Shown here one piece after another: positions 1-8,919 of a DNA stretch of 61,871 bases. This DNA comes from an uncultured Elusimicrobia bacterium (GTDB lineage: Bacteria > Elusimicrobiota > Elusimicrobia > UBA1565 > UBA9628): assembly GCA_964358065.1 (NCBI GenBank), contig CAYHNV010000001.1, positions 1 to 61,871 of the forward strand, written 5' to 3'. The notes beneath the pieces were generated by a model that was given only the letters and a program-made list of their open reading frames with translations, was not told where the DNA came from and did not search any database. Position 1 is the first letter of the stretch. Each line of letters begins with the position of its first letter. A program made the position numbers and the translations under genes.

Positions 1-309
1 ACGGAAGGCCGGATCGTGTTCATAGGTGCGGTCGTACAGGATTTCCTTGACTAAGCAGCAGGCGGCATAGATATCCAGCTCGAAGATCAAGCCATCCGCG
101 GTGCGCACGACGGCTGGACGGCGCGAGAAGCCGAGTCGCCCGAGAATGCCGAGGGCGCGCAGACGGCTCACGGCCTGGGTCGCCCCCCACGCGCGAGCGG
201 CGACGTACAGGGCATAGTAGAGGCTCACGCATGAAAGTCGCGAGAACAGGCTTCCCTTCAAACGGAATTGGAAGGCGAGATCTTCGACGATATTCCGGAG
301 AGCCTGCAT
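1..309 (-). CDS. FkbM-like SAM methyltransferase, N-terminal fragment (gene runs off the left edge)
   Basis: My own minus-strand translation from the ATG at 309-307 reads MQALRNIVEDLAFQFRLKGSLFSRLSCVSLYYALYVAARAW...RTADGLIFELDIYAACCLVKEILYDRTYEHDPAFR and stays open to base 1. It is absent from the ORF track because there is no stop in the window. The DIY..C..KEILYDRTYE segment resembles the pre-Rossmann region of the FkbM gene at 16723-17541 (ILYRPHDRCIIDEVYGRSVY). Confidence 0.45.
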   Translation of the reverse strand, partial: MQALRNIVEDLAFQFRLKGSLFSRLSCVSLYYALYVAARAWGATQAVSRLRALGILGRLGFSRRPAVVRTADGLIFELDIYAACCLVKEILYDRTYEHDPAFR

Positions 310-318
310 GTTTAGATT

Positions 319-1857
319 CTAACAGATTCGCTCATCCAGGCCGTTCGTTTTGATTGACTTTTTCTCCCGTCGGTTCAGGATGCTGATGGCCAGCTCGCGA
401 TCCTCGATGGACAGCAGACGCCAGACCAGGCCGTAGCACAGAAGCCCCCCCGCGCTCCCGAGAATGAACAGGCGCGACCAGGTCGAACCCAGGGGATGCA
501 GCAGCATTGCCGCAGCCAGCAGCGTGCCGCTGCTGGTGAACGGGATGACGAGACAGTCGGCCAGGAAGCGCCGCCAGTCCAAACCCAGGAACTTCGCCTG
601 CACGAAGGCCGCGTAGGCCAGGGCGGGCAGCGCCTGCCCCGCGGCCGCGCCCGCGGCCGCGCCGAGGATGCCCCAGCGCGGTACGAGCAGGATCCAAAGC
701 AGCAGGCTCAAGCCCGCCTGAATCCACGACAGGATCGGGGAGAACATCGGGCGCCCGATCCCGATGACGACCGAGTTCGGCACGTACGCCATCACTCCAA
801 ACGCTTGGCCGACCACGAGGAGGCGCGCGGGCCAGACCGAGTCGTCGCCGAAGCGCCCTCCCAGCCACAGGCTCAGCAGTTGTGGCATGAACGCGAACAG
901 GAGCGCATAGGCCGGCCATAGCAGTGTCAGCATGATCCGCACCACTCGCGAATAAATCCGGCGTAGCGTCTCCCCCGACTCGTCCCGGCTGGCGGCGCTG
1001 AGCGTCGGCAACAGGACTGCGGCGACCGACGCGGGAAGAACCTGCAGGCGCTGTAGCGCGGACATGGGCACGGCGTAGAGCGTCAGTGACGTGAGCTGCT
1101 GGACGCGCAGGACGAACAGCTTGTCCACCTGGCTGCTGACGATCCAGGCCAGCGGTCCCGGACAGAGGCTGAGGCCGAACAGGAGGAAAGAACGGATGTT
1201 CGCTCGGGGTCCGTCCGCGGGAAGCGCCGCCACTTGACGCAGAACCAGAGTCGCTCCGATGAGGAAGAACACCGCGTTCAACGCAGCATACCACCAGGAG
1301 ATCGCGACCACGCCATGCGCGTACGCCATAAGGGAAAGCGCGCCAAGAGGCATCAGCACGCCCTGCGTCACGGCCAGGAAGTTCTGCAGGTCGAAGCGGC
1401 GCAGGCCCTGCAAGGCGGCTTGCGCCCAGAGGGAGCAGGAGAGGAAGACGCCTCCCAGCGTGGCGGCGTGCAGGACCAGGATCACATCGGCCGACTGCGC
1501 GCCGGACGCGCGCAGGATCGTTGCCGCCAGGCGAGGGGCGAGCGCCCACAGCATGGCGCCGCCCAACGCCGCGGTCGCGAAATGCATCAACATTCCGACG
1601 CGGAGGATATCGCGCATGGCGCGGCCTTCCCCCGCCCCTTCATGCTCCGACAGATATTTCACCGTGGCGGAGCCTGCCCCGAGAGACAGCGCCGGCAGAT
1701 AGGACGCGGCCGAATTCAGCAGGATGTAAAGACCATAGCCTTCGACTCCCAGCCCCCGGATCATTGTCGGAATGACGGTGATGTTGACCAGCGCCAGTCC
1801 GATTTGGCCTCCGAGGCTCCAGGAAACGTCAGAAATGAAGCGTCTCGAGCGGCTCAT
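319..1857 (-). CDS. wzx: Polysaccharide/oligosaccharide flippase, MOP (Wzx-like) family
   Basis: 512 aa and highly hydrophobic with many predicted TM segments. The N-terminus (SWSLGGQIGLALVNITVIPTMIRGLGVEGYGLYILLNS) is typical of polysaccharide biosynthesis (PST/MOP) flippases. ATG start at 1857. Located inside a glycan locus. Confidence 0.8.
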   Translation of the reverse strand: MSRSRRFISDVSWSLGGQIGLALVNITVIPTMIRGLGVEGYGLYILLNSAASYLPALSLGAGSATVKYLSEHEGAGEGRAMRDILRVGMLMHFATAALGGAMLWALAPRLAATILRASGAQSADVILVLHAATLGGVFLSCSLWAQAALQGLRRFDLQNFLAVTQGVLMPLGALSLMAYAHGVVAISWWYAALNAVFFLIGATLVLRQVAALPADGPRANIRSFLLFGLSLCPGPLAWIVSSQVDKLFVLRVQQLTSLTLYAVPMSALQRLQVLPASVAAVLLPTLSAASRDESGETLRRIYSRVVRIMLTLLWPAYALLFAFMPQLLSLWLGGRFGDDSVWPARLLVVGQAFGVMAYVPNSVVIGIGRPMFSPILSWIQAGLSLLLWILLVPRWGILGAAAGAAAGQALPALAYAAFVQAKFLGLDWRRFLADCLVIPFTSSGTLLAAAMLLHPLGSTWSRLFILGSAGGLLCYGLVWRLLSIEDRELAISILNRREKKSIKTNGLDERIC

Positions 1858-1908
1858 GCGGCCTATTCTATTAAAATGAGAGTAGTTGCCGATTTGCTAA
1901 CATTCAAA

Positions 1909-2943
1909 ATGGCCCAAGGAAAGTCGCCGCGCAAAGTCGGCATTTTCGGCGCCGGATTGATGGGGAAATTTCACGCGGAGAGCGCGGCAAGCTACGGGGC
2001 CCGCATCGTCAGCGTCTATGACCCGAGGATTGAAGCGGCGCGGGCGGTCGCGGCCAAACACGGCGCGTATGCCGCGGAGGATCCGACTGATTTCTTCGAC
2101 CGGCAACTGGATCTCGTCATCATTGCAACCCCGCCTGCGGTGCGCGTCGAGCCGGTCAGGATGGCGTGTGAGCGCGGCATCCATCTGCTCATCGAAAAAC
2201 CGCCGGCTCTCCGTCTCCACGACGCGCGCACTTGTCTTGGTCTCATTGAGAAAGCCGGCGTCATGGCCGGCTGCGGTTTCCAGCTGCGTTACGGGTCCGC
2301 CTTTGAGAAACTGCGAGACATGCTTGCCGATCAGACCGTGCATCTCGTCCGCACGCTGTTGACCACGGGCTCTTATCTCAACGCTCCGGCGAACTCCTGG
2401 TACCTGCAAAAGCGCCATAGCGGCGGCAGTATCAGTTCGGATGCCATCCATCCCCTGGATGCCGTCCGCTATATGCTCAATAACGCCCGTTGCGTGAAGG
2501 CCCACGCCTTGGCCGTGAAGAACATGGCTCAGGATTGGCCCGACACGGACTGCGAGAACTCCGTCCAGGTGACTTATGAACTGGATAACGGCGTTTTTGG
2601 GACGCACATGAACCACAGCGGATGCGAGGCGGGCGATATCAACTTCGAATTCATCGGCCCGCACCTGCGCCTTTATACCATCGGTTGGGGGAACGGCAGC
2701 ATAAAAGGGCGCTATAAAGGCAAGGACGTTAAGGAGCCGGTGACCGAACAAAGCCGCCTTGGGCTGGACAAAACGGGAGCGATGCTGCGCGCCATCGAAA
2801 CGGGCGACACGTCCCTCATCCGCAGCCCTTTCAGCGACGCGATCCACACCATGGAACTCGTTGAGGCGGCCAATCGAAGCATTCTCACCGGCCAATTCGT
2901 GCGCACGGAAGGTCTCGGACGGGAACTTCCCGTGCCGTCATAG
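1909..2943 (+). CDS. Gfo/Idh/MocA-family NAD(P)-dependent sugar oxidoreductase
   Basis: The C-terminal two thirds of track ORF 1234-2943 are real. The upstream part overlaps wzx antisense and is R/G-rich junk. Rossmann motif KVGIFGAGLMGKFHAE, then DLVIIATPP and HLLIEKPPA (the EKP motif). Start taken at ATG 1909, with an alternative at ATG 1876. The AT-rich stretch 1861-1908 looks like a divergent promoter region. Confidence 0.8.
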   Translation: MAQGKSPRKVGIFGAGLMGKFHAESAASYGARIVSVYDPRIEAARAVAAKHGAYAAEDPTDFFDRQLDLVIIATPPAVRVEPVRMACERGIHLLIEKPPALRLHDARTCLGLIEKAGVMAGCGFQLRYGSAFEKLRDMLADQTVHLVRTLLTTGSYLNAPANSWYLQKRHSGGSISSDAIHPLDAVRYMLNNARCVKAHALAVKNMAQDWPDTDCENSVQVTYELDNGVFGTHMNHSGCEAGDINFEFIGPHLRLYTIGWGNGSIKGRYKGKDVKEPVTEQSRLGLDKTGAMLRAIETGDTSLIRSPFSDAIHTMELVEAANRSILTGQFVRTEGLGRELPVPS

Positions 2944-2959
2944 GCGGCAGCGCTCGAAC

Positions 2960-3952
2960 ATGAGGGTGTGCGTGCTCGGCGGCACCGGCAACATCAGTGC
3001 GGAGATCGTCAAGCTCCTGCTCCGGCTCGGCCATGAGGTTACGTGCTACAACCGCGGCCAGAGCGGCGAGCCGCCCCGGGGTGTTCGTGTGATCCACGGA
3101 GATCGCCAAGATCGCGAGCGCTTCGAACAAGCCATGCAGGCCCAGAGATTCGACGCTGCCATCGACATGATTTGTTTCTCAAAAGACGACGCATCATCAA
3201 GCATTCGCGCTTTCCGCGGCGTGAGGCACTTCGTCCATTGCTCGACGACGACGACGTATGGTCTCGCATTCGATTGGCTGCCGGTGACCGAGGACCATCC
3301 GTTGCGCCCGACCATGGACTCCTCGAAGAATAAAGTTGAGGCGGACAATACGTTCCTGGCCGAATATTACGCCTCAGGCTTCCCGGTCACGATCATCAAG
3401 CCATCGACGACCTACGGTCCCAAGTTAGGCTGGGTGCGGCAAGCGGCTTTTGATCTCTATTGGATAGACCGCGTGCGCAAGGGGAAGCCTATCCTTATTT
3501 GCGGCGATGGCACGGCGATCCATCAATTCCTCCACGTTGAGGATGCGGCCCTGGGCTTCGCGCATGTCCTTGGGAGAAGCCGTTGTGTCGGCCAGACTTA
3601 CAATTTGGTCCGCCGGGAGCATGTTACGTGGCTGGATTACCACAAAACGGCGATGAGGATTCTAGGGCGAGAAGTCGAACTTGTCGGCATTCCGCTGGTC
3701 GACATGGAAGCCATGAGCATTCCCAACCTCGAACTCTGCAAGAATCTATTCGCGCATAATGCGATCTACAGCCCGGAGAAGATTTTCCGCGACGTGCCTG
3801 AGTTCCAGCCCCGCGTCTCGCTCGAGGAGGGATTGCAGCGAGTTCTTGAAACTCTTGACAGGGATCAGCGGGTCCGAAATTCGGATAAATACGACTGGGA
3901 AGACCGTGCCATCGCCGCGCAGCGCAATACGCGAACCGTCGCGATTCGCTGA
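2960..3952 (+). CDS. NAD-dependent epimerase/dehydratase (extended SDR) family protein
   Basis: Internal ATG of ORF 2759-3952. The N-terminus MRVCVLGGTGNISAEIVKLLLRLGHEV carries the GxxGxxG Rossmann motif. About 330 aa. Substrate unknown. It could be the reductase or epimerase partner of Gmd. Confidence 0.75.
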   Translation: MRVCVLGGTGNISAEIVKLLLRLGHEVTCYNRGQSGEPPRGVRVIHGDRQDRERFEQAMQAQRFDAAIDMICFSKDDASSSIRAFRGVRHFVHCSTTTTYGLAFDWLPVTEDHPLRPTMDSSKNKVEADNTFLAEYYASGFPVTIIKPSTTYGPKLGWVRQAAFDLYWIDRVRKGKPILICGDGTAIHQFLHVEDAALGFAHVLGRSRCVGQTYNLVRREHVTWLDYHKTAMRILGREVELVGIPLVDMEAMSIPNLELCKNLFAHNAIYSPEKIFRDVPEFQPRVSLEEGLQRVLETLDRDQRVRNSDKYDWEDRAIAAQRNTRTVAIR

Positions 3953-3976
3953 TAGCGCCCCCCCTGCGCATTTCTC

Positions 3977-4642
3977 CTAGAGTCCTTTCCCCGCCCAAAC
4001 CGTGTGGATCGTGTGGAGGAGGATCTCCGCGTCATACAGGAATCTTCCCGGGGGTGAATAAGCGCGGCATGCGCTGATATATTCGCTGTCGAGGTCCACG
4101 TCCGTTTTCATCGTTTTGACGCCTTTATGGACCTGCGTGAGGCCGCTCAATCCCGCTCGGATGACTTTCTTTTGAAACAGACCGCGCCGCAGATCTTCTT
4201 CGTAATCATTGATCGGGAATGGTCTGGGGCCCACCCAACTCATCTCTCCCCGCAGGATATTGAAAATCTGGGGCAGCTCGTCGAGATACCATTTCTTAAG
4301 ATAGCGCCCGACGACCGTGCAGTATTGTTTCTGCTCCAATGTCTTAAATCGGTCGCGGCGGTGTCGGCTGGGCTCTTCGTTCAGGACGCTGTTTTTTGTG
4401 ATTCGAAACTTATAGAGTGGGAATTCGCGGCCCTCGCTGATCCTCATTTGATGGTAAATGACCGGCCCGCGTGCCGCTGGATTTAACAATCCCTCCACCT
4501 TTATGAGGACGATGATCAGAAGATAAATCGGAAGCAGCACGATCAGCGCTCCCAATGCCAGGATTTTGTCGAAGCTCGCCTTCAGTAGGTCGCAAGGCAC
4601 GTGGGGAGGTTCGTTGTCGAGTCTCTTCTGGCTGTCGGACAT
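3977..4642 (-). CDS. Small monotopic phosphoglycosyl transferase (bacterial sugar transferase, PglC/WbaP C-terminal type)
   Basis: Starts at the internal ATG 4642 (MSDSQKRL...) of ORF 3977-5110. The upstream extension overlaps gmd out of frame. It has a re-entrant helix (ILALGALIVLLPIYLLIIVLI) and the signature YLDELPQIFNILRGEMSWVGPRP. Confidence 0.88.
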   Translation of the reverse strand: MSDSQKRLDNEPPHVPCDLLKASFDKILALGALIVLLPIYLLIIVLIKVEGLLNPAARGPVIYHQMRISEGREFPLYKFRITKNSVLNEEPSRHRRDRFKTLEQKQYCTVVGRYLKKWYLDELPQIFNILRGEMSWVGPRPFPINDYEEDLRRGLFQKKVIRAGLSGLTQVHKGVKTMKTDVDLDSEYISACRAYSPPGRFLYDAEILLHTIHTVWAGKGL

Positions 4643-4646
4643 AGGC

Positions 4647-5654
4647 TTATCCTGCCCGGGGAGGAGTCCACGGTGCTGCGAGCGCGTCGGTGCGACCGGA
4701 GCGCAAGCACTCGAGGTCCCATCGGACCATCGACTTGACGAGTTCTCCAAATCCAACACGTGGTTCCCATCCGAGAAGTCGGCGGGCCTTGGCGGGGTCG
4801 CCGCGAGGCTCGACCGGCTCATGGGGACGGCGTAGGCTCTCCTCGAGGACCACGTGCCTCTTCCAGTCGAGGTCGGCGGCACCGAAAGCCGTCTCAACGA
4901 AATCCTGGACGGAATGGGTCGCGCCCGTGGCGATGACGAAGTCCTCCGGGCGGGCGTAGCGGAGCATGCGGCGCATCGCGTCGACGTAGTCCCCCGCGAA
5001 GCCCCAGTCGCGGCGGGCGGCCAGGTCGCCGAGCCGCAGTTCCGAGGCGCGCCCGAGCTTGATCGCGGCGACGGCACGCGTGATCTTGCGCGTGACGAAG
5101 ACCGGGTCACGGCGCGGAGACTCGTGGTTGAAGCATAGGCCGCTGACCGCGAAAAGGCCGTGGTGCTCGCGGTAGATGGAGACGATGTGGTGCGCGTAGA
5201 CCTTCGCGGCCCCGTAGGGGCTGCGCGGGTTCAGCGGCGTCGCCTCGTCTTGCGGGCTCTGTGCGGGGAGGCCGAACATCTCGGACGACGAGGACTGGTA
5301 GAACCGGGCCTGCGGCGCAAGTCGGCGCACGGACTCGAGGAGGCGGGTCACGCCAAGTCCCGCCACTTCGCCGGCCAGCGCCGCCTCATCCCAGGTTGCC
5401 GGCATGAAGGATTGGGACGCGAAGTTGTAGATCTCATCGGGCCGCGAGGCGTTGATCGCCCGGTCGACCGAGCCCTGGTCGGTCAGGTCGGCCTCGACCA
5501 GCCGGATCCGGCCGCGCACGGCGCCGAGGCGCGTCAGCCCCGTCCGGCCTCCGGGACGGACGAGACCGAGGACCTCGTCGCCGCCGGCGACCAGGAGTTC
5601 CGCCAGGTAGGAGCCGTCTTGGCCGGCCGCGCCGATGATCAGCGCCCTTGTCAT
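4647..5654 (-). CDS. gmd: GDP-mannose 4,6-dehydratase
   Basis: Starts at the internal ATG 5654 (MTRALIIGAAGQDGSYLAELL). Motifs: YGAAKVYA (YxxxK) and LCFNHESPRR (GMD signature). It shares a 4-nt overlap with the upstream methyltransferase stop. Confidence 0.92.
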   Translation of the reverse strand: MTRALIIGAAGQDGSYLAELLVAGGDEVLGLVRPGGRTGLTRLGAVRGRIRLVEADLTDQGSVDRAINASRPDEIYNFASQSFMPATWDEAALAGEVAGLGVTRLLESVRRLAPQARFYQSSSSEMFGLPAQSPQDEATPLNPRSPYGAAKVYAHHIVSIYREHHGLFAVSGLCFNHESPRRDPVFVTRKITRAVAAIKLGRASELRLGDLAARRDWGFAGDYVDAMRRMLRYARPEDFVIATGATHSVQDFVETAFGAADLDWKRHVVLEESLRRPHEPVEPRGDPAKARRLLGWEPRVGFGELVKSMVRWDLECLRSGRTDALAAPWTPPRAG

Positions 5655-6400
5655 CGAGGCGAAAGCGGTCTTTGCGCGCAGGTGATGAAGTTGTCCGTCA
5701 AGATGTGGGAGGAGTGGATGAGCCCCGAGCCCGTGGCGGCGTGCAGGTAGATGCGGGCGCCCTGCTCGATGACGCGCCACATCAGGCGGCGCAGCAAGGC
5801 GCGAAATCCATTGCCGCAAGGACGCGAGGGCAATGAGGCCGGGGAGGCGAAGCCGCAGGTCAACAGAACCTGAGACATGCTGCCCGGTGTAAAGGCGTTC
5901 TCATGAGTGAAGTCGCCATAGCGGATGCGGCCCCAGCCAAAGGCCTCGGCGTTCACTGTCTGAATGATGAGCTTTCCCCCCGGTCGCAGCGCGGCGAGAC
6001 AAGTATCCAAGAAGGGCAGGACCTCGTCCTTTCTCAGGTGCTCGAGCACGTCGATGGCGAAGATTCGCTCAAAACCACGCTCACGCTCCTTCAGGAAAGA
6101 GACGGCGTCACCCTGCGTGACTCCGGTTATGCCCAAACGTCCGGCCGTGGCCGCCATCTCGGAACTGCCGTCGACGCCGCAGGAGTTCTTGTAGCCGCAC
6201 TGCTGAAGCCAGTGCAGCAGGGGACCGTAGCCGCATCCGACATCAGCGATGGGAGCGTCGAGATCGGCAGGGAGATGGGAGCGAAAGAATACCTCGTAGG
6301 AACGACCAGAGAGGGCAAGCCCTCCCGGTGTGGGGTTGCCCACCGTTTTCATGTGCGTGCTGACATAGGCGTCGTACAGCCTTTTTCGGTAGTCGGCCAT
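5651..6400 (-). CDS. Class I SAM-dependent methyltransferase
   Basis: 249 aa. Motif I is IADVGCGYGPLLHWL. Post-motif segments are IFAIDVLEHL and LRPGGKLIIQT. ATG at 6400. Confidence 0.8.
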   Translation of the reverse strand: MADYRKRLYDAYVSTHMKTVGNPTPGGLALSGRSYEVFFRSHLPADLDAPIADVGCGYGPLLHWLQQCGYKNSCGVDGSSEMAATAGRLGITGVTQGDAVSFLKERERGFERIFAIDVLEHLRKDEVLPFLDTCLAALRPGGKLIIQTVNAEAFGWGRIRYGDFTHENAFTPGSMSQVLLTCGFASPASLPSRPCGNGFRALLRRLMWRVIEQGARIYLHAATGSGLIHSSHILTDNFITCAQRPLSPR

Positions 6401-6471
6401 AGGTTGATTCTATCTTTTTCTCATTCTTGAGGCTTCCAGTCCCGCTGCAAACTGTTATTATTCACGGAACG

Positions 6472-7728
6472 ATGGCCTCCTACGTCGATGTCGCGCGATG
6501 CCGGGTCTGCGGGAATCCGGAGATGACCCAGTTGATGGCTCTTGGCGTCCAGGCGCTGACCGGCGTGTTCCCGCGTTCCCGCGACGAGAAGGTCACCAGC
6601 GGGCCATTGGACCTCGTCAAGTGCTTGGAGTCCCCCGGGGGACAGTCCTGCGGCCTCGTCCAGCTCCGCCAAACCTACAGCAAGGTCGAGATGTACGGCG
6701 GCCGTTATGGCTACCATTCCGGCCTCAACGCGTCGATGGTGAGCCATCTGCGGGGCAAGGTTGCCGACATCCTGAAGCAGGTGGGCCTCGGCGCGGGCGA
6801 CCTCGTCTTGGACATTGGCTCCAACGACTGCACCCTGCTGAAGGCCTACCCGGAAAGCGGGGCGAGCTTGGTCGGCGTGGACCCCACCGGCGAGCAGTTC
6901 CGTCGCTTCTATCCGCCGCACGTCGAGCTGATCGCTGATTTTTTCTCGGCGGACCTCTTTCGTCGGCGCTTTCCAGGCCGCAAGGCGAAGGTCGTGACTT
7001 CGATCGCGATGTTCTACGATCTCGACGCGCCGATGGACTTCGTCGCGGACGTGCGCGACATCCTCTCCGACGACGGCATATGGGTCGTCGAGCAAAGCTA
7101 CCTGCCGGCGATGCTTGAGGCGAGCGCTTACGACACGATCTGCCACGAGCACCTTGAGTACTACGGCGCGCGTCAGATGCGCTGGATGATGGAGCGCTCC
7201 GGGCTCAAGATCGTCGGCATCGAGCGCAACGCGATCAACGGCGGCAGCTTTTCGTTGACGGTCGCCAAGAAGTCCGCGCCGTATCCCGAGTGCGCGCGTG
7301 AGCTGAAGGCGTTCCTGCGCGCGGAAGAGGCCTGCGCGGGCCTGGAGCCGTACCGCGCCTTCGCTTCAGCGGTCGCGCGCCACCGCGAGGAGCTTGTCGC
7401 CTTCCTGTCACGCGCGCGCTCCGAGGGGAAGACGACGCTCGGTTATGGCGCCTCGACGAAGGGCAACGTGATCCTACAGTACTGCGGGCTCACCGAGAAG
7501 GACATTCCCCTCATCGGCGAGGTGAACCCGGATAAGTTCGGGTCCTTTACGCCGGGCACGCGCATCCCTATCGTCCCGGAGGCCGAGGTGCGCGCCCGGA
7601 AGCCGGACTATTTGCTGGCCCTTCCTTGGCATTTCCGCGACTTTATCGTCGAGAAAGAAGCCGGGTATTTGCGCGCGGGCGGCAGGCTGGTGTTCCCGCT
7701 GCCCAAGCTTCAGGTCGTCACCCAGTGA
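6472..7728 (+). CDS. NDP-hexose C-methyltransferase-like protein (Zn-ribbon N-domain, SAM MTase core, C-methyltransferase C-domain; TylCIII-like architecture)
   Basis: Starts at ATG 6472 (MASYVDVARCRVCGNPEM...). Motifs: CxxC N-terminal knuckle, YGYHSGLNASM, SAM motif VLDIGSNDCTLL, then ICHEHLEYY and GYGASTKGNVILQY. These are characteristic of sugar C3-methyltransferase-type enzymes. Confidence 0.7.
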   Translation: MASYVDVARCRVCGNPEMTQLMALGVQALTGVFPRSRDEKVTSGPLDLVKCLESPGGQSCGLVQLRQTYSKVEMYGGRYGYHSGLNASMVSHLRGKVADILKQVGLGAGDLVLDIGSNDCTLLKAYPESGASLVGVDPTGEQFRRFYPPHVELIADFFSADLFRRRFPGRKAKVVTSIAMFYDLDAPMDFVADVRDILSDDGIWVVEQSYLPAMLEASAYDTICHEHLEYYGARQMRWMMERSGLKIVGIERNAINGGSFSLTVAKKSAPYPECARELKAFLRAEEACAGLEPYRAFASAVARHREELVAFLSRARSEGKTTLGYGASTKGNVILQYCGLTEKDIPLIGEVNPDKFGSFTPGTRIPIVPEAEVRARKPDYLLALPWHFRDFIVEKEAGYLRAGGRLVFPLPKLQVVTQ

Positions 7729-8918
7729 AGGCCGTGCCTGTCTCCGTGGTCCTGGAGTGCGGACTGAACGCGGACTTCAAGCGCGGCATCGACTACTACG
7801 TCGACAACATGGTCGACGGCCTGGTCGAGGTCGATCAAAGAAATCGCTACCTGCTGTTCTCGTTCTTCTTCCGCGAGCATGCCCGCAAGAGCGCCAGGAT
7901 GCCGCACCCGGTCGCTCCGAACTTCAAGACGCTCTACCGGCGCTTCCCCGAGTCTCTGGTGACCGCGCTTGATCTTGAGCGCGGCGTGCCGGTCGTGGAG
8001 AAGGCCCTGCTGCGTGGGCGACGCTTCGACGTCTACCATGCGCTTTCCGGCGGTCGCCTGCCGCATGTGCGCGGCGCGAAGACCGTGGTGACGTTCTTTG
8101 ATCTTGTCGTCGAGGCCCACCCGTTGGCGGGAGGGCGTCCTGATCCGGGCCGCGTGATCTCGGACCCGGACACCTATGAATATGCGCGGCGCGCGGACTG
8201 CCTGGTCGCGACCGGCGATCAGACGAAGAAGGATCTCATGCGCTTCTACGCGATCCCGGAAGAGAAGATCGTGGTGATCCCGACCGGGGTCAACCTGAAA
8301 GTCTTCCATGAAGTCGCCGATGAGGGGGAGCGCCGGCGCGTCCGCGCGCGCTACGGCCTGCCCGAGCGCTACCTGATGGTCATCGGACCATACGTGCCGC
8401 CCCAGCGGACCAACGCGGAGAGCACTCTGCGCGCTTATGCGGCCCTGCGCCGCGCGGGGACGATTGGAGACTGCCGTCTCGTCTTCGTCGGCGCGGAGAA
8501 CGATCACCTTCGCAAACTGCTGGGTCTGGCCGAGGATCTTGGGGTGCGCGCGCAGTGTTCGACGACGGGCTACGTGGCGCTCGAGGACTTGGCCGCGGTA
8601 TACGGTCTGTCGAGCGGCGTCGTGCACCCGACGAGCATCGAGGGCTTCGGCTACGGGCTGGAGGTCCTGGCCTGCGGCGTGCCGTTCATCACATCGAACT
8701 TGCCCGGCGTGCTCGAGTCGGTCGGCGGGATCGCGTGGACGGTGACGCCCAACGACGTGCCCGCCATCGAGAAGGCGATGGGCGACGTCCTCTTGAAGCC
8801 GGAACTGTGCCGTGAGATGCGGGAGAAAGGTTTGGCGCGCGCCGCGAAGTATTCGTACAGCGTGGTCGCGGGACGGCTGGCGTCGCTCTACGAGCGGCTT
8901 GGGGCTGAGGCGAACTGA
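7725..8918 (+). CDS. GT4-family (GT-B fold) glycosyltransferase
   Basis: The GTG at 7725 overlaps the upstream stop (GTGA). An alternative start lies further in. The C-terminal motif HPTSIEGFGYGLEVLACGVPFITSNLPGVLESVG corresponds to the E-x7-E region of GT4 enzymes. Confidence 0.8.
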   Translation: MKAVPVSVVLECGLNADFKRGIDYYVDNMVDGLVEVDQRNRYLLFSFFFREHARKSARMPHPVAPNFKTLYRRFPESLVTALDLERGVPVVEKALLRGRRFDVYHALSGGRLPHVRGAKTVVTFFDLVVEAHPLAGGRPDPGRVISDPDTYEYARRADCLVATGDQTKKDLMRFYAIPEEKIVVIPTGVNLKVFHEVADEGERRRVRARYGLPERYLMVIGPYVPPQRTNAESTLRAYAALRRAGTIGDCRLVFVGAENDHLRKLLGLAEDLGVRAQCSTTGYVALEDLAAVYGLSSGVVHPTSIEGFGYGLEVLACGVPFITSNLPGVLESVGGIAWTVTPNDVPAIEKAMGDVLLKPELCREMREKGLARAAKYSYSVVAGRLASLYERLGAEAN

Positions 8919-8919
8919 G

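Noticed and set aside
1234-1875. Upstream part of ORF 1234-2943
   Set aside because: It overlaps wzx antisense and is R/G/Q/E-rich junk. The Rossmann fold of the oxidoreductase begins after 1909.
4643-5110. N-terminal extension of the sugar-transferase ORF (track ORF 3977-5110)
   Set aside because: The extension overlaps gmd out of frame and is S/R/P-rich. The conserved PGT begins at the internal ATG 4642, right after the gmd stop.
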